Assembly (NCBI GenBank): GCA_004764695.1
Contig: SMSO01000034.1
Location: 3,782,001 to 3,846,000 of the forward strand
Reading direction: 5' to 3'
Length of the DNA: 64,000 nucleotides
DNA from: Schizochytrium sp. TIO01
Lineage: Eukaryota > Protista > Bigyra: Labyrinthulomycetes
Shown here: in pieces, positions 50,594 to 64,000 of the stretch
How the letters are laid out: each line of letters begins with the position of its first letter
Numbering within the stretch: position 1 is the stretch's first letter
Notes under the pieces: model-generated
The model's input: the letters and a program-made list of their open reading frames with translations, nothing else
Databases searched by the model: none
What the model was told of the DNA's origin: nothing
Translations under genes and position numbers: made by a program

Positions 50594-50682
50594 CATTGCA
50601 TTACATTGCATTGCATTGCATTGCATTGCATTGCATTGCATTGCATTGCATTGCATTGCATTGCATTGCATTGCATTACATT
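50594..50682. repeat. (CATTG)n pentanucleotide microsatellite, ~17 copies
   Basis: Direct reading; CATTA variants near both ends. Confidence 0.95.
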
Positions 50683-53600
50683 CATTCATTGCCTCGGCGA
50701 GCGAGTGAGCAGCGGCTCGGGACTGATCGGCAAGAATTTGGAGCGGGATGCTGATTGTGAAGAAGGAAGCAACGAGTGCCGCGATGGGGTCCAAACAGAG
50801 CCTCTTAGTTTGTTCATGCCTGGTTTGAAAGGAAGCTTTTACTTTCTTTTGCAAAAAAATATTGCCAACGCAATTGGGCAAGATTGCTTGAGCTACAAGC
50901 CCATCACAGTGTCAAACTTTAGGCATTGCTAGTGAGTAACCTAGCTAGGTAGGTACCTACTGATTCACCTCGCTTGAATGATAAAACACGCTGAAGCGAC
51001 GATAGTGCTGAGAATAACAGTAATAAGGGTTGGTCGCTCGGCCGGTCGGCAGCTACTTTTACTTTGACGAATTAAAGCGCTCGTTTGTATGTAGATTGAA
51101 TATGATAGAAGATCTTTTATGCTAATTGACTCATCAAATGAGTTGGGGCCGCCAGCTTCACTCCTGAGAGATCCGCGGATCTGAGATAAGACGCAAACCT
51201 TTTGCGGAATTCTGTCGTTTGTCGCGCGACTCGATTTTCATTATTCTGTAAATACCTACCATCGACAGGAGCAGCAGCGGCAGCAGTAGGAACAACGAGA
51301 ACTATGACTACAGAGAACCCTCGTATCTTGAGCTTCTCTTATGCAGGGTCTGAAGTGCGCTGACAGATTTCTGATTGAAATATTGTACTTTCAAGTAACA
51401 ACAAAACCGTCAGCGTGCAAGCTGCGAGCGGATGAGCGAGCAAAAAACGAGCGCTCGAGCGAGTGAATGTCCGAACGAATGGAGGCAAGCTTACTTTCAG
51501 TAGGTACTTAGCCGGTACTCCAAGGAAGACGGATTGTAGAGGACGAGGTTAGCCAACCGACCATCTGATAAAACTTGTATATTACAAAAATTAACGGTAG
51601 AGTTTGTTGAACCGTCGATACTAGCAAAGCTTCTGACCCTTTTGCAGCTCGGAGGGTGTTTGCAGGAGTGCATGAGCCAGAAATTGAAGGACAAGATCTT
51701 CAGCATTCATATTTGTAGATCTATTAATTTAAGAAAATATGGGGTATATTGATTGCTTGTTACCAGGAGCGTGAGGTGGCAAAAAGAAGCCGTAAGGAGA
51801 GCAGATATCCTCGTATTGGCTTGCGATTTCGATTGACACAGAATAGAAAAAAAGAAAAAAAAAAAAAACAGCACAGCACAGCACAGCACATGTGCAAATG
51901 GCACGAAGGTGATGTAATCATCTAGCTGCACTTGAATCCAAGATCATCATCCAACAATATGCGCCCTCCTCCCGTGGTTTCGGCCTAACCTCCATAAAGA
52001 GCAATTTTGGGATCGATGTTGACGGGCCAAAAGGAGTTCTACCAAACCTGGAGGAAGATTGCCTGAGCTGCCAAACATTGTGGCACAGACATGTAGACCT
52101 TCAGTAAAACATAACTTTGAATGAAGTTCGCCAACCCTGTCGCGTGTTAGCTCGCATCTATTTATCTTTGCGCAAAGAGGAACATCTTCATTCGAGAATT
52201 CTGCAGGCTCAGCCAGATGCATGCATGGCTTGCGATCAAGCCCGTGCCTTTGTTTCCTACACTCACGCACGCACGCACGCACCGACAAAGGATCCATGAA
52301 CAAAGCACGTCATTCTGTGCCCTGACTGATCATTACAGGGCCCTTGGAGAAAGCTTATCGAGGTGTTAATTTCTTCCTCGCACGAAGAGAAAACTTCCGC
52401 AAGAGCCGTGAACGAGCTACGAGCTACAGAATCTTGGAATCCATCCACGGCACTCCGGGCGGTACCGGAGGGCCAGTGCTCCGCAGAAGCTACTTACTAG
52501 CTAGGTCCTCCAACGGAAACTCACAGACCTGCTAGGTTCTTTCGCCAGACTGGGGCAGAGACCCAACCCAACTCAACTTGTTGACTCTGCCCGATTATGA
52601 TGCACTGAGAAGACCATCATCTGGGAACCTACCTGGCTAGGTGCCTGTATTTCATTACTAAATTGAATGGCGATCAACGCTTCGCCTCCACTCTGGTTGT
52701 AATTGCGAATCTCTTGCGGCTGTGTGCGGTTTCGAGTTTTCTGCATGACTTGCACAATGAGCGATCGCTGTGACCAGAAGGAGGGGAGAGAAGGGAGGTC
52801 TCTGCTCCAAGCATGAGCAATTCAACGAAGTGAGAAGGAAAAGTCTTTGCTTTGTACAGTAGGTATGTAGCTTAGCTAGCTACTTGGTACTGGTAGCAGG
52901 CGCGTCTATAAATGTAATCACTGGCTACGTTGCCGTCAACCACGACGCAGCAAGTGTGCTTGACCTCTCGCCAGCAGTGCAGCGCCCGAGGCATTTCGAT
53001 TGCGCTGCCAACCTACCTACCTCGGGGATTTTAGTTTCAGATGATCCTCAGAGTTTGACATGTCAGCGCTCAACATTCAACACGTTGCAGTTTCGCATGA
53101 TCTCTGCTTGTTTAATGTTAAATATTGAAAACCTCCCAGATTATGGCCACGAGGAGCTGCTCCATAAGCCCTGTCAATCAATACGAAGTACGTCGTCCAT
53201 GATTCTTGACTTCTCTGAACAGGATGCCCAACCTCTCTACGTCTTTCTGCGAATTCCATCTGTTGGCGAATGCCGAGAACCACAGCAAAGAGTGAAGGTA
53301 AATAAATACACATACCTCGCTCCAAAATAATAGCAACACTTTACTATTTGCTGCCTGTACTAATTCATGCATCATGACAACGACGTCCTGACTCATGCTT
53401 TGCCGCAAGGTTGTGAAACCAGAGTTTAGAGAACAAGTGCTTTGGGCTTCGTGTCTGGAGCTCCGCGACGCCAGCGATGAGACTGTGATTGAGATTCTGA
53501 GACCTTGCTATGGCAATTGCTGCTACTTCTAGCGGCGTCGGACTCCTAAGCTTACGGTTATAAGGCAGGCTGGAAACCCTTGCCTGGGGCACTGTGCGAG

Positions 53601-55244
53601 AGTTTTCGAGGTCTCCTTTTGGACCCTGGTCTCTCGTTGCACGTCCATACATCTGACCAGACTGCGTTCCCCTGTCGCAAAAGGCGGCCAAATGCTTGAA
53701 ATGCGCTTATTCTGATAATTTGTTCTCTAGTTATTGGACATGGATATCCTCTTGAAAGTACATGTTTACAGAATGCCCCTCCTCTGCTTGCCTCTATGAA
53801 CGTAGGCACGGAGGCGATCAATCAGAATCGTGAGAGGAGCGGAGCGGAGCGAAGGAGCGAGCGGAGGTGTGATGCGACATTGAACATGGCGAAAAGGTAG
53901 AGCGCACTGCTGATGTAACGGACGATGAATAGATTTCAAACCAAGAAGTTTGTCTACCTGTGCCTGCCTGCCTAATGGATCGTTACCGATCGCGAGGTTA
54001 GGTGATGGATGAATTTGCTCCAAGCCTTGGAGAGAAAAAGAAGCCTTGAGCACTAAAGATTGAATGTGCTATACATCTACATATCAAAACTGTGTGGAGT
54101 GCATAGTACTTAATGCGTGCAGTTAGCCAAATAGATGTGGACTTTGGTGCGGGGGGAATTTAGTCTTAATATCACGGACGACTCGTGGAAAAGATTGCTC
54201 TTGATTTATTTTAACTCATTTGAAGTTGCCTTGATGCCTTGAAGCGGTTGGGAATGTCGTCGACACGATAGCAAAATAGCAAAAGGTTTCTTTCGATTCC
54301 ACCCTTCCACGCATACACATTCTTCACTCTCTTTGAGCTTTCCTACTAGCTAGTAGGCTGAAAGCTCATGTTTTTCTGAAGGGAAACAGTTTCGGTTTCT
54401 ATTTCTTAGGAGAAGGTTTACCACTGTATATTAGCTTTTGGCTAATGGGGAGTTCACATTTCGCTCTACGCAGACCTTCATCAGTGCAATAATATCTACT
54501 CAATACTCTCGCAGACTCGCGAAAATGTGCCGCTCATGGGCTGTCGAACCTTGTGTAACCTTCTATTTGCTTGCACCTATGCCGAAAATACGAAATGGAA
54601 ACCATATCTTGGCTGAATGAAATATTACTTGCGCTTGCTTAGCTCAAAAAAGACAACTCTCGCTGCGGTTTGTTCACCCTCACTATAGGGAGGATTTAAT
54701 CACTCAAGTTACCCAATCTTGAAAGTTCTTGACAAGAAAACCCCAAGAAATCTAAGAGGAGATGCATCACTTTACTTTACTCCTGAGAAAGAATATTTAA
54801 GAAATGTCACTCGACGACTGTGTTGTAAGCAACGTTATGCACGTTTAAGTTATTCTTGGTTCAAGGAGTTTGGCCTGTAGCGAGATGATGAGTGATAGCG
54901 CTCATCATGTTATATTTGAAATGGGTAGAATATACTTTGTCCTTTTGTTTTCGCTGACCGTGTTGCATTAACTAAAATGGAGCCAAGCTTTCCAGAAGCG
55001 TCAAATTTGGACACGCCAGTGAGGGAAACTACGCTTCCAACTTCATCAGATCTAGACATCGACCTTTTTTACAGACTGTTTTTGTTTGTTTATTTTTTGG
55101 GGTGAGTAAGACCTTTATCGACGTTCTTGCACGATCCAGAAGATAGACTGTTGGTCCATATTTGAAATCTGAACATTTGGGGCGATGAACAAAACCCGGA
55201 AGGAATTATGAAACTACTTTGCAGCTGAACCAAATCAAACCTAC

Positions 55245-55457
55245 GAAGTCTAATTCCAAGCAAACACATCAACTCTGTGCTCTTGTCGTGGAAACCTAAT
55301 TCCTGGCAAATCAATCAACTCTATGAAATGTGCTCTTATAATGGAAACCTAATTCTCGGCAAATCAATTAACTCTGTGCAATATGCTCTTATCTTGGAAG
55401 TCTAATTCCGGGCAAATAAATTAACTCTGTGAAATGTGCTCTTATCTTCAAAATCTA
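55245..55457. repeat. 53-bp minisatellite, about 4 diverged copies
   Basis: Approximate unit AACTCTGTGAAATGTGCTCTTATCTTGGAAACCTAATTCCGGGCAAATCAATT starts at 55271 (7-nt deletion), 55317, 55370 and 55423 (partial), with a partial copy from 55245. Confidence 0.88.
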
Positions 55458-58400
55458 TCGTTAAAAGAGCTTTATCTTAAAACATGCATTTTAGTCTTAG
55501 ATGCTAGTGTTTTGTATTTATAGTGGAGAACAACTCTATGAGTTGCCAGGGCTCTCTAGCTAGAACGCTCGCTGTTTACGTAAAGCTAGGGGATTTTGAT
55601 AAGATTGTTACACTAGTAATGTAGTGAAGAGAGGGGGGACAAAGAGCACCCAGTTGCTGCATACATATGTGTACCCTCATACTTTTCCCTTTAATGCATA
55701 CCAAACTTGAAGTACTGCGAAAACAAATGCTTTACAACTGCCCTTATGTTATTGGGGCAAGAACCATCTTCTTGCTCTCTTCAACATTATCAGAAAAAAA
55801 CAAAAACAAAGAAAAACAAAAAAAAACTAAAATTGGTTTACTACGTTGATCCATCATTAATGAAAATCGGGCGAGGGAGCGTATGATTAATGTCCATACG
55901 GAATTTGCGCTAGTGCTGTTGAGAAGCCTAATGGTCTGCACTTTGCGTTCTCTGAGTGTAACTGGTTAGCAAGGTCTGATAGATAAGCTTGAGGATTTAC
56001 AAACTTGTGAGGCCTCTTTATTGTGCATTGTTGATCTTATGCCATCTGAATAATACGTGTACTTTCCACAACATTAATCACGTGGACAGCCTCCTAGGAC
56101 AGATGCTTATCTTACTGCCTAAAAGATCACTTCATATCTGTGCTTGTCTTGCTACCCCTCGAGTACGACAACAGCTAATTCGATTCTCAAACCATCCTGG
56201 TTTCTTTTATATATGCCATAAAGTGAATTGGCACTATGAACAGTTTTTGGATCCATGTGGAATTGCATCGTTTTGTTCGCAAGGATAAATAGTAGGATTT
56301 GGCATGCAATGCCCACCTTTATAGGCTGGTATACGACCTATCCAAAACTAAAAATATTTGAGTTGATTTATATCAGATTGGCTGGATGGAAACATTCTGC
56401 TGTCGTATACTCATCAACCAAGTTGAAATCTAGATACACTCTCTCAAACTATTATTGATTCATGAACATCCTGCATAGTTTCACGTGAGTGAAAGGCCCA
56501 GATCGCAGAAAATTATGAATCCCCCTCTTAGTACAAACACATCATGCATAGATCAACACAAATTTGAGTTCCTTGTCTTAAGACTAGCTCTATCAAAAAG
56601 AAACCCCATGCCTCTATGAAGTAAGTTGCTAATGTTTTACCTTTCTATCAAAGCTGTTGGCAGGCCAAATGTTGTCCTTTATAGCCTGCCACGATAACTT
56701 GAGCCTTTCATTAGCAACAAAGTCAAATAAGTATGTCTCTCTGTTATAACCTTCTTGGTCTCCTTGTGCATTTCCTATGAATGAAGTTCTCATGTGCCGC
56801 GTGGCCTGAGCAGCTTCCTAGAGTATCTCGGTGTCAACCCTCTTCCGTGAAAGCAGTGCAGCATAACCATTCAAACCCAAGTCCAACTTTTTAAACGTAT
56901 GAGGACCATTGCTAGCTAAGACAACTTTCCTTCAAGTCTAGGATGTTCTTGATTCTTGTGAGTCTTCAGTCCCGGCAGGTGCTTGAATTCCCACATGTTT
57001 CGAGAATCTCTTCCTTCTCCTCTCCTATAAGCTGGCTCGTTTCTCCCCTTGTCTAAAATGACCTCGTTCCACTATTGTGCTTTCTTTCCCCAAGCATCTT
57101 CAAGCCGACTTTAAGAGCAAGGAAAAACAAGCTTTGCGCAACAAGCTTATTTCTTCCCACCTTCAATCCAAACAGTATCTTGCAAGGCGCCCTTCATCGC
57201 CGCGTCGCTCTTTGTGCATCCCATCCGCGCCTCGTTTTCCCAACGCAAGAAGCTTAAGATCGAGCCGTACTTTGAGCCCCCAAACCTTGTTTTCATTTCC
57301 CCCTTTCTTCCTTTCTTCGCTCCTTAACACCTCTCCCTACATTAAACCCTAGCCCTCTCCCAGTGCACACCCTCCCAGCCAGGGATAGCGAGACTAAGCG
57401 TGTGAATGGGTAAATACGCCTCTTTCCTGTGGATGATTGGTAAAGCCGTTCCGCAGCTTCGGCGCGCAAAGGCCCCGCACGGCCGGGCTGAGGCGAGTGT
57501 CCACGGCGAAGGAGAGTGTCGGCCAGGCTGTCGTACGCCTCTTTCTTCGCTCAAACAGGCGGCTGGAAGAAGGGAGGCCTCGTCAAGGGGCCAAAGAAGG
57601 AAAGTTTTTCGAAACTTAGCACTTTTCAGGCCTTTAGGCCTCCACTACCCTTTACCATGAGCCCACCATCACCAGCCTCAGGTGAATACTTTCATTCGCC
57701 AATTTTGTAAGCATATGACTGTTTAGCCTTAACTGAAAAGAGTTTTTTGTTGTTGTTGAATATATATATTTATTTAAAATAAGTTGGAAAATAAAAAATA
57801 AATAAAAATTGCGAGAGCACACTTTGCCAGCGATTTTCCGTTTACTTGCTTACTACGCGTGTGTAGGTACGTGTTAGCTATTGGCTAGTTAGTCTTCTAT
57901 GCAGGCTCTTAGTAATTGAACAATAGGTGAATATGAGAAGTATTGGTAACCTGAAAAAAGGCATTGAAAAAGAGTGCTTTTGATGGACAGAGGGAAAAGC
58001 TCAGAACGAAGAAAGGGATGGCTGCAGAAGGACCACAATAAGAGCGGAGTGGAGGGCTGAAGCAGTGTCGTTGCTACGTCTTCGCAGGTCGGCAGAGCGT
58101 GATTCAGGGCCTCTTCAGACCTCACGAGGGGCGCCCTCGAATGCTAAACCAGAAGAGAAGGAGCGGCTCCTTCTTTCAGTGCCAGGGGTAAGAGTCGCCT
58201 ACCTTAGTCCTACTCGCATCCACATTTCTACTTTTTCTTTTTGATCGTACCATACCTCTACTGACAGCTACCATTGTAAAAAGTTTTTTAATTATAACTT
58301 TTCTTACTTCTTGAAATTGAATATTGATTTTGTTTGTTTAAATTAAAAAAATGACACTGGCGTTTAGGCGAAAGCGATAGGAGTGGGACTAGTAGGGGTA

Positions 58401-60959
58401 TGTTTTCGGTTAGGATAGCATGTAGATTGACAGAATGAAAGCTTTGACGTGGAGAGAAAGAAGGCAGAGCAGAGCCGAAAGGAGGCAAAGCGAAGGCAAA
58501 GCAAGGCGGAAGAGCATTGCGGAGGCACAGTTTGATTGGGTGGCCGCCGGAGCAGAGGCGGCCGGACCGCGTCTTTTCGAGAGGGCATCGGCTCAACTGC
58601 TCTCGTCAAAGGGCTGAGAAAATACCAGCCACCTCAGTCAGCTACCAGCCAGCATACAGGAGAAATGTACCTATAGGTAGTATATGCGCTAAAATGAAAT
58701 GAAACTTCAAAATTTGAAGAAAAACTAAACAAGGAGCACGGGCAATTTACCAGATAGCAACTCCTCGGATGTAGATCTCTCTCATGTTTATGGTTCGGAT
58801 GTCAAATTAATTTAATTATATACGTATATGTGTATTTTTAATGAAATGTGATTTGTTGACAATAAAAGAACAAAAAACAAAAATAGCAGCGAAATATTCA
58901 ATAGTCTGTGGGGAGCTGCGTTGTTTATTTATTTGTTTGTTCATTCATTAATTCATTCATTTATTCATTTGTTTGTTTGTTTGTTTGTTTGTTGTTGTTC
59001 AAGAGTTTACAAGTATATGGTGAAGAAAGAAGAAGATGCAGACTATCGATTGATTGCTTCGACGTACTTTCTTTCTCAATTGCTTGCTTGCCTCAGAGGC
59101 TCGTTGAAACCCACTCATTAGTAACCCTGTTGCTGGCACTTGATTTGCGAAAGCTCGGCGACTCAAAATAAAGGACGAGTGCAAGAAGAGGGTTCGAAGC
59201 AGGAATGAGTAAAAGGGCACGAAAGAAGCAAGTTGGAGATGAAACTAACTAGCCTTTTCTTCAAATACCTAGTACAATTTAGTAATGAATGAATAAGTAA
59301 GTAAATAAAATCAATATACAAACTAAAGGGTATTCCTAGTCACTCATTATATTAGCGCTTATTTATTCATTATTTTCTTTTTAAAGAAATTCCACCCGAT
59401 TTTGGAAGATTTGGGAAGGGAAAAAGCTGGAACGCTCAGGCCTACTAGAGCGACAAAGCATATCATTCACACTGCGTGAAGAATCAGTTTTTAGTATGTA
59501 GTGGACAGGATTGCAGTGGTTGTGTCTGCAGCCCCCACAGCATCGACGTACTCCTCTGTCTTCAATCACCTTTTCGAAGGAAAAGAAAGTCCATCATTTT
59601 GCAGATCTCTTCCCTCAGAAATGTGAAATATGCTTCTGTTATTACTTAATTAGTATGGTGCACACTTCTTATCTGTCAGCACATTCCGCAGTGAAGATCT
59701 CCTCTTAGCCCTTGTTGCCCCGAAACATCACGAGCTTCCACAAGCTTGCCAAAGTTTTCCCGCACCAGAACTTTTGCAATAACCACAGTATATGACATTA
59801 TTTGAATGTGGGAGATATTTATTCCTGAAATGAGTCCTCACAACGGCGTCAAGTAGCTTCCAAAAGTGTATGTTTAGGAAGTTGGTTGCAAGAAAAATGC
59901 GAGATCTACATAGAGGGGCAAAATACAAAGAGCCCCCCAGTCTGCTCGCGCGAACAAAACTAAGGCAAAAAGGGCAGCATCGGGAGGGTGCCGGTGATAC
60001 CGGGGAAACTAGAAGCTCGAACATACTTTTCATATTGTACCTACTGTACCCCAATGCATCCCTCCTTATTGGGAACGCTCTCAGATAATAGGGGTTACCA
60101 TAAAATTTATAGTCGGGGAATCCTTTTCACAGTAGAGGCGGTAGAATCCCGATTTGGGCGGGCTACTTGTGCCTTATACATTCATAGCGGTTGAGATGTA
60201 CCACAGTGCCTTAAGAAAGTCTTCCATAATGTGGGCAATGGTGGGAGATATTGTTAATAGTATTAATATGAGTTTGAGAGGGGATTTAGAGGCCCCCTTT
60301 GTGAGGCAGTGGCGAGCGAAAGCAGGAAGCAAGGGCAACAGAAAGGAAGGAGGAGTAGGAAGTCAGAGAAAAGGAGAAAGAAAGCCAAAGGAGGACAGAC
60401 GCCGCTGAGACAGGTCTGCGTAAAGAGGGGAAAGCCTTGAAGGAGGCGGAGAAAGTGAGAGGAAGAGCGGCGGAGCCTAAAGAGAGAATGATGGGAGGGG
60501 CGTCAAGGGAGGAGAAGGAAGGAAAAAGGAAAAGAAAAGGAAAAGAAAAGAAAAGAAAAGAAAGAAAAGACAAGCGTAGAGTAGCATAGAGTAGAGCAGG
60601 TTAGCGAGGAACAAACAGGAAGAGAGAAAGAAAGGAATTCCTGAAAGGAAAAGAAAAGAAAAGAAAAGAATGTAAAGGGAGAAGTAAACGAAGGAAGGAA
60701 CGAGGGAAAGAAGGCGAAAAAAGGTGGCGAGGCCGGCGAGAGGTTTGCAGAAGAAGGATAAAGGGCGGAGAAAAGAAGAAAAGAGGAAAGGAAAGCCTCA
60801 GAAAGAAGCGAAGGAGAGAATGAGAGAACGAATGAGTGAATGAGTGAGTGAGTGAAGGAATGAAAGAAACTGAGAATCTGAGAATCTGAGCAACTGAAGC
60901 AAAAACAGACATGTCCAGCAAACCAGCAACTCAGACTTCTTAGTCGAGGTACGTACAAG

Positions 60960-61400
60960 ACGCGCACAGGGCGGAGACAGCGCCGGCGAGGCGGCGCAGG
61001 CGGCAGTGGCGCAGGCGACCGCCGCGGGCCACGGCCACGGCAACGGACGCACGCGCGGCGCGGCGCAGGCGGACCGCCGGGAGCGGGCGCGGGCGGAGAT
61101 GAGGCGCGCGAGATGAGATGATGGGGAGATTTGAACTACTTACTTCACCCGACGGCGACGAAAGGATGGAATGGCCTCTCTTCGCGCAGACTGAGTGAGA
61201 CCCCCTCGCCGTCGCGCGAAGAGCCGCGAGCCGAGCAGCAGCAGGCACGAAGGAACCGGGCTACGGGCGGCGCGCGAGGCATGCAGCGCCGCCCTCGCGC
61301 CGCGAGGAGGCAGGCAGGGTCCGCGCCGCAAGAGCCGGAGAGAGGCGGCGGAGAAGGACGAGGGAAATAGGAGAGGCGGCGTTCTCTTGACCGCCCGGAA
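60960..61400. promoter_or_regulatory. Very GC/CpG-rich island about 0.8-1.2 kb upstream of the H3 gene; candidate promoter
   Basis: Abrupt compositional shift after a purine-rich tract. GGCGCAGGCG occurs at 60993, 61008 and 61062. The regulatory role is inferred from position only. Confidence 0.35.
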
Positions 61401-62198
61401 AGTGCAAAGAACGGAACGCCCTGTGCGGGGAATGCGGGGAATATGGGTTTTTCCCTGGTGTGAACTCCCGCTGTTCCCTGATGGTGTTTTTTTCCCTGGG
61501 GGTAGTTATTATAGAAACCCTTAACTGATAGAGGGAAAGAGAATGAGAGCGCGCGTGCGGAGAGAAAAAGATGGACAAGGGGAAGGCAACAAAGCAGAAT
61601 AGCAGACATATCGAGAGTAAGCCGAGGAGGGCAAGATGACCTTTGGCGCCAAGGGCGGCGAAGGGCGGATAGATGTGACGCAGGACGGCGGATGCGAGAA
61701 GGCACAGCTCTTTGGTGCGAGAAGAACGTGGTTGTCGATCAACTCCAGGTGAACTGCTCTCGCCGTGAGTCCAAGTCGCATTATGTTTGAGAGCAAAGAA
61801 GCAAACTGCAGCACTCTCTTCGTCGTGGACTGCGAAGTTGGAGGCCCATTTGTCGGTGTGAAGCAAGTACTGTCCGGAGCGGGTTGACTTGGCTGCATTC
61901 CGCTTCACATGATCACACTCTCATGCGCACACTTGATAGCTGCTTACTCTTTTGAAGGTTGCTTTGGTTTTGAGCCGGAGAGAAAATGTTGCGCTCTCAA
62001 GTCCACTTTCAGAGGGAAAGGAACGAATTAAAAGAGAGAGAGAGAAAGGGAGAGTTTACGGAGATGGTATTGATATAAGCGTTTTTGAGAGAATAAGTGA
62101 AGAACTAACTTAGAACTTGGATGATGAAATCAATGAATATTGGTCTGTAAACCAATTTTCGATCAGCAGAACCGTAACTCGAAGTCAAACCAAGGTAA

Positions 62199-62615
<417 letters not shown>

Positions 62616-63529
62616 GTCGGCATCCTTCTTGCTGTCGAAGTATTTTAATCTTCAGCAGAGGAGCAGGCTGCTGCCAACGAAGACATGTATCACGATTGCC
62701 TTTATTTTGCTTGATGGATGGACGTAGTAGGTAATTGAGCAAAATTCTATCTCCATCATTGTTATACATTTCTTTGTCCATTTCCATGACTTGTCGCTCT
62801 TGTTCTATTTATCTTTTGTTTCTCTCTTCTCGCTTGCAAGTTGTTTAGGAAAGCTTTTCGTTCATTGTATGCTATTGTGACATGACAAAGTAACTAAGCA
62901 GTCCTTAGGTTTCGGTCATGTTCAGGAGAAGAAACCATCTTTATAGCGATGAGGAGTGTTCTATCCTCCAGTGTGCTCTTTTACTGCAGAATATGATCGT
63001 CTACTTACTAATGAAACTTTATGCTCTATGCAGACATAACTTCAAAAGTTGATATTCTCATGCTTCTTTCAATAAGGTGCTATGTTGCAGCGATGTACCC
63101 TGAATAAAGTCTCAGTTTTTTGATGCATTAGTGCTTGTGTATTATTATGCCACGATTGATATGTATCCCAGTGTGAGTCAACGTCTTTGCTCAGTTGGTG
63201 GAGGTAGTAGTAGTAATAGTGGTTATCATATTAATCGCATTAGTATAATGTACTTTTATTAGTAGAGGTAGTTAAGTACTATTAAGAATAGGGTTTTATG
63301 TATATATTGTGTTAGTTAGCTAGCAAAGCGAAGAACTAACTAGTTGCCGCATAAAGCGCATGTGGTCTCGCCAGTGACTTCGTTACGCGCACACAAACTT
63401 TCATTGCGCACGGTCCCAGCAAGCGAGGTTTGGTGGCTACTAGACCTAGGCTGCTCACAACGTGTCATCTTCAAAAGTGGCTTTCTTCACGCTTTGTAGA
63501 GTGTTTGGAGGAAACCCGTTTGAGTCAGA

Positions 63530-64000
63530 ATGACATCGATTCTGCCGTATGGCTCCAAAGCGCGTGAGCTTGTGCTAGAACTCAAGCGAAGCGATTGGTT
63601 GCCAACATACAACGTAAGTCGAGATAGTCCAAAGCGCTTTGAGATGAAAGCTTGACCCTGGAAAGCTATTATTCCTTTGAGTTTTAATCCTTGCATTGAA
63701 GCCAAAGCGTCTTGTCGCTAACTTCATTATCAAAACTACTTGATTTCAATGTTTTCGAATACACAGGATGAGGGCGTTAGACTTGTGCTTGGAGAGATTG
63801 ATGCTCTGTATAAGAGAATGCGAGCGCGCATGGAGGACGCCAGTGACCCTCGTGACCCCTACTATGCTTGCCCACTGATGGTTTATCATGTCAGTACTCT
63901 TCGAAACAAACGCTGCCTGCTGGCTTACTTAAAGCACCGTGCTGATGCCCTTGGGCAACTTCGATGGGATGCTGGAAGTGCCATTCCTGAGGATCTAAAG
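63530..64000 (+). CDS. GINS1: GINS complex subunit 1 (Psf1), 5' part; exons 63530-63613 and 63767->64000, truncated by the window end
   Basis: Spliced translation MTSILPYGSKARELVLELKRSDWLPTYN|DEGVRLVLGEIDALY...LRNKRCLLAYLKHRADALGQLRWDAGSAIPEDLK contains the Psf1 RNKRCLLAY motif. The intron has GTAAGT, GCTAAC and CAG signals, phase 0. Confidence 0.92.

Noticed and set aside
55245-55457. Repeat array considered as CRISPR
   Set aside because: Contiguous tandem units without unique spacers, no cas genes, eukaryotic context.
56000-57050. Protein-looking minus-strand frame interrupted mostly by TAA/TAG (possible RIP-like decay or alternative genetic code)
   Set aside because: Stop density is about what random sequence gives, TGA stops also occur, and no family motif was recognised. 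Real genes in the window end in TAA, TAG and TGA, so the standard code applies.

Overview
Eukaryotic nuclear DNA with compact, intron-poor genes separated by microsatellite-rich spacers. Gene content and architecture suggest a stramenopile protist, probably a thraustochytrid (inference, not verified). About 12 protein genes are supportable: a SHAQKYF-class MYB factor, a double TB2/DP1/HVA22 membrane protein, a bZIP-like zipper protein lacking the basic region, an AP2-domain protein, a tandem Tudor/KOW-like protein overlapping it tail-to-tail, a 4-exon membrane protein reconstructed by hand, aspartoacylase, an ML-domain/papain-family protease fusion, an ALKBH6-like dioxygenase, alanine aminotransferase, an H3.3-like histone, and the 5' part of GINS1/PSF1 (missed by the ORF track). 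Two long stretches (1-11.3 kb and 43.2-62.2 kb) contain no confident gene. The most notable observations are: (1) a near-perfect 103-bp inverted repeat at 36471-36752 that looks like a long hairpin/miRNA-type precursor or foldback element; (2) five single-base frameshifts in four otherwise intact genes, all repairable by removing or adding one C, most likely assembly errors although +1 recoding cannot be excluded; (3) unusual domain architectures. No tRNA, rRNA, CRISPR array or intact transposon was recognised.
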